In this document: positions 13,401 to 24,074 of the stretch, in pieces
How the letters are laid out: every line of letters begins with the position of its first letter
Position numbering within the stretch: the stretch's first letter is position 1
Assembly (NCBI RefSeq): GCF_006345805.1
Contig: NC_043002.1
Span: 10,540,001 to 10,604,000 of the forward strand
Reading direction: 5' to 3'
DNA length: 64,000 nt
From: Octopus sinensis
Taxonomy: Eukaryota
Notes under the pieces: generated by a model
The model's database searches: none
What the model saw: the letters and a program-made list of their open reading frames with translations, nothing else
Told to the model about the DNA's origin: nothing
Translations under genes and position numbers: made by a program

Positions 13401-13680
13401 TTGGATATTTTTTGTCCTGGACTGTATTTGTTTCTTTCTGTAATTATTTTTCAAGTTGATATTTTGAATCCCTTTTGGATGTCGTCGGATTTGCGGGAAG
13501 TTTAGTTCAGTCGGAGGGAAAACTTCGATTGTTCGCGTTGGATTATTTTGTTGTCGAATTAGTCTTGAGTTTTCTTTATGGAGCTGCCGACTATCTTGAT
13601 TATAACTAAACAAGTTCACTCAAGCATGTGGCCCACTTTTTAGGCTCAAAATGTATTGTCACCTGACACTAACGCACGGA
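10440..13680 (-). mobile_element. Penelope-like retroelement (Neptune-type architecture), decayed: RT + C-terminal GIY-YIG, 3' pLTR with hammerhead
   Basis: Minus-strand translation across frameshifts and stops gives IINLS..SKGL, IMIKEED*AGAIVIVD (KxADKG-like), FYGLPKIY, RPVVEGPNCET, KQISGTAMETEFAATYANLVM, KRNLDDCLIIW, YLLFSSCHPKHRKNNIPFNLARRICTIVS, CGTC, and FTCPSRSLIYAIKCQGCTEDYLGQS (GIY-YIG). HHR at 10518-10556 is followed by AATAAA. Confidence 0.92.
10518..10556 (-). ncRNA. Type I minimal hammerhead ribozyme, U3-A8 core variant
   Basis: CCUU UUGAAAA U CAGU-GUAA-ACUG U GAAAC CA GUU/AAGG: stem I CCUU/AAGG, stem II closed by a GNRA loop, located in the 3' end of a PLE. Confidence 0.7.
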
Positions 13681-14189
13681 GACACACACACACAGACACA
13701 CACATATATATACATACATATATATATGGACGGTGCTGAGTTGTCAAACATTTATACCAAATTTTCTCGAAACAACTTGAACGTCCGTCCCATAGGCCTC
13801 CCCTTTGAAAAACACTGATTTAACCTAAATTTGGGACACCAGCAAAAGAAGAAATAAAGATAGACATTTTTTCTATTAAAAAAAAAACGATTTTATTCAC
13901 ACAAATATGCAACCGAAGAGTTTAAAGTACCAGTAATGAGAAGGCTGTTGACTGGGAGAACAGGGAGAACAAAAACATGGTTTAAACAGTAAGCTTGGCA
14001 GGAAAGAAACGCGCCTTTAAGCAGTACAAAAATAACAAAAAAATGGAAGTCTCAGTTATATACAGGTTGAAGGAAGAAAAGCGATGTATGCAAATGGGTT
14101 AGCTGGAGGTAAATCTAGATGGAAAAGCATGATGAATTTATGAGAACGTACCTGGGAAAATAATAAGTTTATCCGATAAAACATGTAGG

Positions 14190-14447
14190 AAATCAACGTG
14201 CATTTTTTCTCGCTCACGCGTATTATCGATCGCAACGGCTGATGTACTTGTGCGTACAAATGCACGTTTCCACGTCTTTATCGATCGCATTCTCACCTGG
14301 AATCGATTTTTGAAATTTTTTTAAGACTTATACACGCCCTGATGCCGTCGGTATCTACATATCAAATTTGAGCGCAATCGGATGGAGGATGCTCGAGACC
14401 CTTGAAGACACACACACACACACAGACAGAACGGATTATATATATAT
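14190..14447 (-). mobile_element. Possible Helitron-type 5' end fragment
   Basis: Reverse complement starts TATATAATCCGTTCTGTCTGTGTGTG..CCGATTGCGCTCAAATTTG, a layout like 15406-15510. Confidence 0.4.
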
Positions 14448-14529
14448 GTAGGGAGAGAGAGAGAGTTTGAGAGAGAGAGAGAGACATAGTTTGAAGTGAT
14501 GTACAGATATTGTATATTCTTTTCTATTC

Positions 14530-15146
14530 TTTTCTTCTCTAGGCACAAGACCCGAAATTTTTTTTGGGGGGGAGGGACAGTCGATTTGGTCGACACCAGT
14601 ACACAATTGGTACTTTTTTTATCGACTCTGACAGGATGAAAAGCAAAGTCGACCTCGCCGGAATTTGAACTCAGTACGTAAAGACAGACGAAATACCTAT
14701 TTCTTTACTACCCACAAGGGGCCAAACACAGAGAGGACAAACAAGGACAGACAAACAGATTGAATCGATTATATCGACCCCAGTGCGTAACTGGTACTTA
14801 TTTAATCTACCCCGAAAGGATGAAAGGCAAAGTCGACCTCGGCGGAATTTGAACTCAGAACGTAGCGGCAGACGAAATACCGCTAAGCATTTCGTCCGCC
14901 GTGCTAACGTTTCTGCTAGCTCGCCGCCTTAATAAAAATAATAATCTTTTCTACTCTAGGCACAAAGCCCGAAATTTTGGGGGAGGGGGCGAGTCGATTA
15001 CATCGACCCAGTACGCTGCTGGTACTTAATTTGTGGACCTCAAAAGGATGAAAAGCACCGTCGACCTCGGCGGAATTTGATCGCAGAACGTGAAATACCG
15101 GAAAGCATTTCACCCGGCGTGCTAACGTTTCTGCCATCTCGCCGCA
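14530..15146 (-). mobile_element. SINE-A trimer (tail1/tail2/tail1)
   Basis: Three tandem central domains with two alternative tails. Confidence 0.88.
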
Positions 15147-15163
15147 TTGGTCATATTGCATAT

Positions 15164-15303
15164 TAAGAATAACAAGGTAGTCAGAATGTTGGATGTTTGT
15201 ACATATTCTTTTCTTTCCATCTTATTTACAGTGTAAATAAAATGTAAACAATAATCCGTATATATATAACCATCTAAAATTCTAACTACCTTATTATTCT
15301 AAA
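15164..15303. repeat. Imperfect palindrome, about 140 bp
   Basis: TAAGAATAACAAGGTAGTCAGAATGTTGGATG pairs with CATCTAAAATTCTAACTACCTTATTATTCTAA; centre is TTATTTACA-G-TGTAAATAA. Confidence 0.8.
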
Positions 15304-15340
15304 TATATATATATATATGTAATATAAGTTATTATTATTA

Positions 15341-15397
<57 letters not shown>

Positions 15398-15405
15398 CAT
15401 CATCA

Positions 15406-15777
15406 TCTCTCTCTATATAAACGGCAGTTTGTCTGTGCGTTTTCTGTGTGTCTGTTTTCTCGTACCCTCACTCTGACCACGGCTTTCAACCGATTCTGAT
15501 GAAACTTGACACACACATAGCCCAATGTCATAATTCAAAACTAACGCAGCGAAAATTTTGAAAAGTTCCCCCAGTTCTGAAAAAAATCGATAAATTCGAC
15601 ATGGGGTCGAGAATCAGAAACCCAAACCATAGACCGTCTAGGGGACGCAACTCCACCTTTTTTAACTCTGAAAAAAATTTACCATCATTTTTTTTCTATT
15701 TTTTGGCTATAACTCTCTAAAAATGCTTTATAGTTATTTCCCTTACAAACCTGAGCAACGCCGGGCGATACTGCTAG
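15406..15777 (+). mobile_element. Non-autonomous Helitron
   Basis: A|TC 5' end (TCTCTCTCTATATAAA), 3' hairpin and CTAG|T, no TSD; last ~70 bp shared with 4990-5058. Confidence 0.88.
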
Positions 15778-15976
15778 TGAACGATAAAATCTATATAGGA
15801 TTGTACCAGGTAGCTAACATATTAAACCTTTTAGGTATAAGTTAATACAGAGTATATAAATTTTCTTATAATAATTATTCAGAGTATATAGATAATATAT
15901 ATATATATCTGTGTGTGTGCTTATACATGGTTGTCTTTATGTATAGTTGCCAACTACATGTAGTTGCCCTTATTAA

Positions 15977-16045
<69 letters not shown>

Positions 16046-16084
16046 CATCATATACATATATATATATATATATATATACATACA

Positions 16085-16255
16085 TACACGACGGACTTCT
16101 TTTGGTTTCTGTCTACCAAATCCATTCAAAGTGTTCTAGTGGGCGTCCGAGGCTATAATACAAGTAACTTGCCGAAGGAGTCAGTCAATTCGACTAAACC
16201 CGGAATTAAGTGTTTAGGAAGCAAGCTTCTAACCACACAGCCACGCCTGTGCCCA
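16085..16255 (-). mobile_element. SINE-B 5' half
   Basis: ACGACGGACTTCTTT..GTCTACCAAATCCA..ACCACACAGCCACGCCTG. Confidence 0.75.
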
Positions 16256-16589
16256 TATGCATAAGCACATACGTCCATTAATTCATTTATGGTTGTCAGC
16301 ATGTGCACATATATTCATGCTCTCATGTTTACGTAAATACGTACCTATATCTATGCATAAACGCTTACATATATTTATTTATAGATTTATACATATATAC
16401 ATACTTACACACATATCAATTACGTCGGCATAAAGTGCTATTCGCTCTTTCATAAAATCAATATTTTTCTCTAATTTGTAAACCACTCCGAATTTAACAG
16501 AAATAACTGATCGCGCTTGTTTGAATTGATAGAAAGATGAGCTAGCTTATAAACCAACGTTGCAGAACCAAATTGACAATATTTATTAG

Positions 16590-17125
16590 GAATTTTGATA
16601 CAAGGCCAGCAAATTCAGGGAAGAATATAAGTGGATTACATCGACCCAAGCGCTCAAATGTTACTTATTTTATCGACACCAAAAAGATAAAAAGTACAGT
16701 TGCCCACAGTAACAACGCTAGGACGGATGAAATGCCGCTAGTCATTTTTCCCGGCCTGGTAACAATTCTGCCACCTCGGCGCGTTATAAAGCGACAATAT
16801 TAAAGAGGTGTAAGGCGGCGAGCTGGCAGAATCCTTGGCACACCGGGCGAAATGCTTAGCGGTATTTCATCTGCCGCTACGTTCTGAGTTCAAATTCCGC
16901 CGAGGTCGGCTTTGCCTTTCATCCTTTCGGGGTCGATTAAATAAGTACCAGTTACGCACTGGGGTCGGTATAACGACTTAATCCGTTTGTCTATCCTTGT
17001 TTGCCCTCTCTGTGTTTAGCCCCTTGTGGGTAGTAAAGAAATATGTTATTTCGTGTGTCTTTGCGTTCTGAGTTCAAATTCCGCCGAGGTCGACTTTGCC
17101 ATTCATCCTTTCGGGGTCGATAAAT
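16590..17125. mobile_element. SINE-A cluster (decayed minus copy; plus copy 16812-17043 followed by a partial copy)
   Basis: GGCGGCGAGCTGGCAGAA..GAGTTCAAATTCCGCCGAGGTC. Confidence 0.85.
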
Positions 17126-17511
17126 TGTAGAAAAGAATATTAAAGAGGTATACAACACGTGGTTGGTTATTACATAAGCCTGGGGTGAGAGAAATTTGAA
17201 CTGAACTACCACACTTAGCGGTAAAATATTCCGTTTGATTTTGGAGGATTTCGCGATGGGTAACCTGAAGAAAGTGAAAAGCTATCAGATGCGAAATGTC
17301 CCAAAGACATTAATAGTGGAGAAATAATTAACTGTATGTAAGAAAATCAATAAAACCCATCATATACAATGATCTTAAAGATTCCGCCGAAGAGAAAATT
17401 GCAATGAAAAAGGCCAACCGCCAAAAGGGAGAAAATACAGATATGATAATAATAATAATAATGAGAGTTATTAATACTCAGTTACTCGGGAACATAATTG
17501 CTGCTTATGAA

Positions 17512-19303
17512 CGTGAAAGATAAAAACAATTTGAAACAGGGCTCACCGAAATATTTGAAGAGAACTTCACTATTCGTATCAAGAAATCTCGAAATAAAAT
17601 ATCGACTATGGCACAAATTAAGAGAAAACCCTGTTGCTGTTTGTTCCTTCTAGAGCCACGCCTGGCTCAGAAGGACCAGTTTCCCGGTTCCCTTGGCGTA
17701 TAGGTTCCCCACCTGGACGGGACGCCGGTCTGTCGCAGTTGAGCTGCAAGAGGACAGAATGAGAGATAGTTGTGGCGAAAGAGTCAGCAGAAGTTCGCCA
17801 TTACCTTCTGCCAGAGCCGCGTGGAGCTTAGGTGTTTTCGCTCATAAACACACACATTGCACGGTCTGAGATTCGAACCCGCGATCCCTCGACCGCGAGT
17901 CTGCTACTCTAACCACTCGGCCATGTGCCTCCACAAAAGAAACACCTACAAACGTGATATTAACAATGGATAGAGATCAAAAGTTAAAGTGTTCTAAGCG
18001 TGTTGACCTTGAATTTAATACTGATTTTTATTGCGATAATTATTTGGAGCAATCGAATCAATAAACAAAATGAACATTTTCAAACTAAGACAACACCCGA
18101 CAACACCCGACTAATAAATTCATGGATCAGTTGTTGCAACATCGCGATAGGCATTTCAAATTCTATGAAAAATTCCAACAGTTGACCCAACGAGATATAA
18201 ACAAAAATAGCATTTAAGTGCGGGTTGCAAACGCTAAGAAAAACTTTTGAATTAATAGAAAGGACTAAACTGTGCAACTATCAACCATAAATTAGCATTC
18301 AACATACGAAATTCACAGCAAGTAGTATTGGTATTTGTGTTTTCTTTTTCCATATGCTAAATACTGACGACGCCAAGGGAGAGTTAAATCTGGAAATATA
18401 ACAAAAATAGCATTTAAGTACGGACTACAAGCGGCAAGACAAAACTTTAGAATTGGAGGAAATGACTAAACTGTAGAGATATCAACCATAAATTTGCATT
18501 CAATACACGAAATTCGTAACATGTAGTATTGGTATGTCCTTCAATATTTTTTTCCATCAGCTGAATACTAACGACGCCAATGGACAGATAAATCTGGTCA
18601 TAAAACTCACCGTGGTCATATGAATATTCGTTGTGAAGTCAAACACCTTTCTTCAATTGACTTGCAAATTACGAATATTAATCCTGACGATAATATACAC
18701 CTATGACCTCGGAGAATATTATGGCCAGATTTAACTGTCCTTCGGCGTCGTCAGTATTTAGCGTATGGGGAAAAATCATTGGACAAAATACCAATACTTG
18801 TTATTGTGAATTTCGTGTGTTGAATGCTAATTTATGTTTGATAGTTGTACAGTCTAGTCCTTTCCTCTAATTCAAAAGTTTTTCCTTGGAGTTTGTAGCC
18901 CGCACTTAAATGCTATTTGTTATATCTCGGTGTGTTATCTACTGGCATTTTTTCATAGAATTTGTAATGTCTCTCGCGATGTTGCAGCAATTGATCCATT
19001 AATTTATTCGTCAATGATCGGGTGTTGTCTTAATTTGAAAATTTTCATGTGAATTGTTTCGATCGCTCACCTCCAAATAATTATTTCAATAAAAATCCTC
19101 ACAAAATTCAAAGTCAAAACACTCAGAACTTTAACTTATGGCCCACTTTCAGTTGATCCCTCACTGATAATATCACGTTTGTAGGTTTTTCTCTTAATTT
19201 GTACCATAGTTGTTATTTTATTTCATGATTTGTGGATACGAATAGTGAAGTTTGCTTCAAATATTTCAGTGAGGTCTGTTTCAAATTGTTTGCATCTTTC
19301 ACG
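17512..19303. mobile_element. Long foldback (MITE-like) element with an internal ~200-bp tandem duplication and a nested SINE
   Basis: 17512-17631 plus 17935-18392 is the diverged reverse complement of ~18720-19303; 18192-18392 is repeated at 18393-18598; central mini-hairpin at 18623-18679. Confidence 0.85.
17633..17934 (-). mobile_element. SINE head C + tail Z, nested in the foldback element
   Basis: Imperfect TSD AAGAGAAAACC / AAAAGAAACACC. Confidence 0.9.
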
Positions 19304-19519
19304 GATTCGAATGGCCTGCTTACCTCCCTAGTCTCCAACGACGTAAATGTAACTATCTTGCAATTGAGGATAACATTACATGTGGCGATGTTGTATCTAA
19401 AACTTGATTGACAAAGGAATACCTTCCGTGTATTTCGGGGGATAAAAAGGCCTGACCTGCTCACATTTAATAAGGCCATATCCCATAATGTCTTTGCAGT
19501 ACTAGCACTATGGTGATTT

Positions 19520-19730
19520 CAGATTTTGATTCAAGGCTAGCAATTTTGGAAAGTAGATAAGTCCATTACATTGACTCCAGTGTTCAAATGATGCCTATTT
19601 TATAGACCCTGAAAGGGTGGAAGGCAAGATCAATCTCAGTAGGATTTGAAATCAGAACGTAGCGACAAACGAAACTTCGCCAAACATTTCGCCAGTTCTT
19701 CTAAAGATTCTGCTAGCACACCACCCTTAC
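19520..19730 (-). mobile_element. Decayed SINE-A
   Basis: GACCCTGAAAGGGTGGAAGGCAAG..GATTTGAAATCAGAACGT. Confidence 0.7.
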
Positions 19731-20299
19731 CAGCACTAATGTTCATATTTAGAATACTACACTAGACGCTTGATATGAGCTGTAACTTAGGTATCAGGAT
19801 GCGGAAGATAGTAACTTTTCGCACCAGCAGTAACATTGACAGAATTTAATTCAGATGTTGGTGGATACACAGAATATTAAGATCAATACAAATAGCTTTA
19901 AATCCCGCTAGGGGAAAACGAGCGCATGGTTTGTATATAAGACAGTCATAGCAACAACATCTTGAAAGTTGTTCATGATATATTGGCTAGATATTTAGAG
20001 AATGCATCAACTTTCATATGACCTAAAGGGAATATGACGACCAACTTGTAAAAATCCATGGAAGAGACAAATATGATATCAGTAGACAGTAAAACATGCG
20101 TATATATCATTCAGATGACAGCGTAATAAACTAGAGAATAATATTGTCAAGACGAATAGCCTCTTTTAAATATGCGATAGATACACTACATTCGAGGATA
20201 TGCCTTCGCTGTGTAAGAATAACTAATAAACTAATAAACAACTAATAAACAAACGAAAATGCTTGTTTCCAAACTACCAAGTTGTGAGAAAAAATGACG

Positions 20300-21070
20300 A
20301 GTATACCATAGCAGTAATGACGACATCGAACACAACATAGTTGCACACGAAAGTACCGTAATCCAATCAGGGACGTTTTAAGTGGCAAGTAATACCAGTC
20401 AAATCTTTCTCAATTTTAAGTTATTTTCTTATCAAAAGACATATTCGATAATGTGATTTTTGGATCCCATTTCTAAAGCAAACAAACAGGACCGTTACGA
20501 TTAAACTACCTTCCATCATAGGATTACTTGATTAATGTTGACTTATGGTTAAAACAAAACACTATTATAAAATTCTCCCATGGGACATGACATTATTGCC
20601 AAAAGCACTTATACCACGATCCGTCATAGGGATTGTTTTGACTGCCAAACAAAAATACTCCAAGCAGAATGTATCAACATTTTTACAAATAAAATAAATA
20701 GTGGTGAAACATCGCGAAAAAAACCCCAGTTATCTGATGCAGACACCACAGACCTGTTACTTTTCTGAGATAAGAAATAAGGCACTTTTTTTGTAGAATA
20801 GATCTGTTACTGAGCGGATATCGCTGACATAAACTTTTTCAATGATCAGCTGCAAAACTTAAAAATTCTAGAACCCTAGTTATAAATGTTTTATTGGTCA
20901 CTTATAATATGCACACGGATCTATTTAAGAACAAACATGGGTCTAGTTAAGAAAGGACAAAGTGAAATACTGTCTCGCTCCACGAAATTCAAATAGTTTC
21001 TGAAACAGTAAATGTTAGTAAAACACACGTAAGATCTTACAGTTAAGTTTTGTAGAATAAAGAAATACGA
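20300..21070 (+). mobile_element. Highly decayed RLE-type non-LTR retrotransposon (R4/Dong/NeSL-like) C-terminus
   Basis: GHDIIAK (RHD-like), then HRP(D)LLLF*DKK..FFVE..C..ADI across frameshifts, resembling the PD-(D/E)xK restriction-like endonuclease region. Confidence 0.45.
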
Positions 21071-21938
21071 ACCATGATGTATATATTTTCAAACTCACAT
21101 ACTTACAGATGCGCACACGCGCGAGCGTGTGAGTGTATACAACTTTTTTTTATTCCATTCGCATTCACATTTGAGGGGCACTTTCCTTTCAAAGTATTTT
21201 CTCATTATTGCGCATCTTTGGCTGTGTAACATTGCAAGCAAGCATGATCGAACTTCACTTTTAATGTATTATAGATTATTTTACTCTATGTTTGGTATGC
21301 CAGTATTATTTTTTTCATCTTGTTTTGTATGGGCTTGCTTGTGTGTGTGTATGTGTGTGTGCATGTGAGTGTGTGTGCAAATATTCATACATACATATAT
21401 ATATATATATATATAGAAGAGAGAAATGTATATATACACATACATACACACACATACATACATACAAACATACATATACCCTGTGTATATTAAATTATAT
21501 TTATCAATCGCTGGATGGAGTATATTTTTCATTACTCGCACTAACAACAGAGGCTTTTCAACTAACTAATCTACTCTATCCAAAAACATAAGGAAGAAAA
21601 TTGTTTCATTACATTTAAACGGTTCCAGATAAACCACTTACACACGCGTATATCTTTGCAATCAGGTTTTATTCGAAAGTACATGGTGCTCAAACAATGA
21701 CTAAAGTGAAGCATCATTTAATATCTTTTCAAAGATTTGCTATTAAGTTAGCCATATCCAAGTTCATTACTGGCCGAAACTTATCTATATGTCTAAGTAT
21801 CCATAAATATATATGTACGTATGTATCTATGAATGTATATATGTATATAGGCATGAATGTATCTCTCTCTCTCTCTCTCTATCCCCTCTCTCTGTATATA
21901 TAATGTTACTTATTATTATTATTATTATTATTATTATT

Positions 21939-22491
21939 GAGTGAGAGAGCAGTGCATGCCATCAAAGTGACACTGGGGTAAAATATACGAAGCCCAATAT
22001 ACCCATCATGACTACCCGTCTGATAAAGGTACACCAGGCACATGCATCACAACCATATGTGCACGACATGGTGATCTCATATCAAGATAAACAGCACATG
22101 ACCTTGCAGGTGGGGCCCAGTTAGAATTTTCTTCAGGTTGAGTAGCCCATCCCGCTCAAAAGGTCCCTGAATAAGGATTGTTTAAGGATGTTGAAAGAAC
22201 CACCCATGTTTCCAGAGGTGAATTATTCAAACCCCAAAGAATCCCTCTCAACATATGGCTATGATGCTCCCCCACTACTTCTGCTCGTGATCAGAGATGC
22301 ACATATCGTCAGCCACTAAGGGACATGCTCAACTGGTTAAGGTCAAACAACTGACAAGCAAATCTGTGGTATTGAGCAGAATATTGCTGTAGCCCATCTT
22401 TTATACCAAGACAAAACAATGTACATGATAACACTTCCAATCAGTTAAGATCAGAAGCCATGAGAGCCATTGCCTGGTACTGCATCAGGGC

Positions 22492-22492
<1 letters not shown>
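21939..22492. mobile_element. Unclassified non-coding element of about 550 bp inserted in (TTA)n
   Basis: GC-richer block with sharp edges, flanked on both sides by pure (TTA)n; no ORF, no TIR. Confidence 0.6.
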
Positions 22493-22537
<45 letters not shown>

Positions 22538-22544
22538 GTTATTT

Positions 22545-22690
22545 ACATTACATACATTTGGCAGATATTTGTCCCCATCTTGTTTGTTGTTAATCAACGT
22601 TTCGGTTGATATACCCTCTAGCGTTCATCAGGTGTCTTGGAGGAAATTTCGAACCTGGGTTCTCATTCCTAAAGTATTTTTCGATGTTAT
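22545..22690 (-). mobile_element. Short PLE pLTR-like element with hammerhead (22592-22636)
   Basis: GACAC CUGAUGA ACGCUAGAGGGUAUAUCAACC GAAACGUU; stem II is partly decayed. Embedded in (TTA)n. Confidence 0.65.
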
Positions 22691-22777
22691 TAATACTTAT
22701 TATTATTATTGTTTTTGTTGTTGATGTCATTGTTATTGTTATTGTTGATGTCATTGTTGTTGTTGTTGTTATTATTA

Positions 22778-22840
<63 letters not shown>

Positions 22841-23620
22841 CATATATATATGTATGTATGATGTATATATTGCGTATATTTAATTATATTTATCCCTCAC
22901 TGGTCGGAGTAACTTTTTTGTTGATCACATTAGAATAGTCCACTGTGTGTGTGTGTGTCAACGTGTGTATTCGTGTGTGTGTGCGTGTGTACATAGATAT
23001 ATGTATATACGTATCTAAATACACACCTACATACGTAAATACATACATACATACATACATACATACATAAATACATACATATATAAATACATACATACAA
23101 ACATGCATACATACATACATACATACATACATACATACATACATACATACATACATACATACATACATACATACATACTCGTATCCTCCTCTAAGTTCAA
23201 ATAATTAGTGAAGCAGTAGATGTTTGCAAAACATTCGAAAGAATCTTTATTTAACTGTATTACTCTTAGCAGATGCACTCCATTGAATATGTACCACATA
23301 TATTTACATACGTAACTAAAAAATAAATACAGAAGGATGCACTTGTTTACTAAAGTGTCCTTTACATCCATTACATGGGTGCAAACATGTTTACATAGAC
23401 ATAGATAGCTACAAGCATTGAAATATACGTAAATAAACATTAAGTTACACTTACATATTGACAAATACTTGAAACTGTTTTGAGTCAAACAAAGAAGCCT
23501 TATCATTGGCAGTCATCTTGAATTCCGCGAGCAAGAATTTAAATAGATATAAATGTAACAACATATATTCTTACATCCACACATAAAGGCAGACACAAAT
23601 AAACACACACATTTATATGC

Positions 23621-23651
<31 letters not shown>

Positions 23652-23690
23652 CATACATACGCGTGTATATATGTATATTATAATAATTAT

Positions 23691-23726
<36 letters not shown>

Positions 23727-23848
23727 CATACATATGTATATATATATATATAAATATAAATAAATATATATAAAAATATATATATTACTATATCTATATA
23801 CATATACATATATATATACATATATATATGTACATAAATCTCTCTCTA

Positions 23849-23925
<77 letters not shown>

Positions 23926-24074
23926 ATATATATACATATATACACACAGCGCCTGATGGCTTTTTTATTGAGAACACATCCTTTGTGGTAAGGAGATTTG
24001 ACGTATATCTCTAACGCATAGGAATCCACTTTAGTGGTCATTCCTCTTATTAATTGTTTATATATATATATAAA

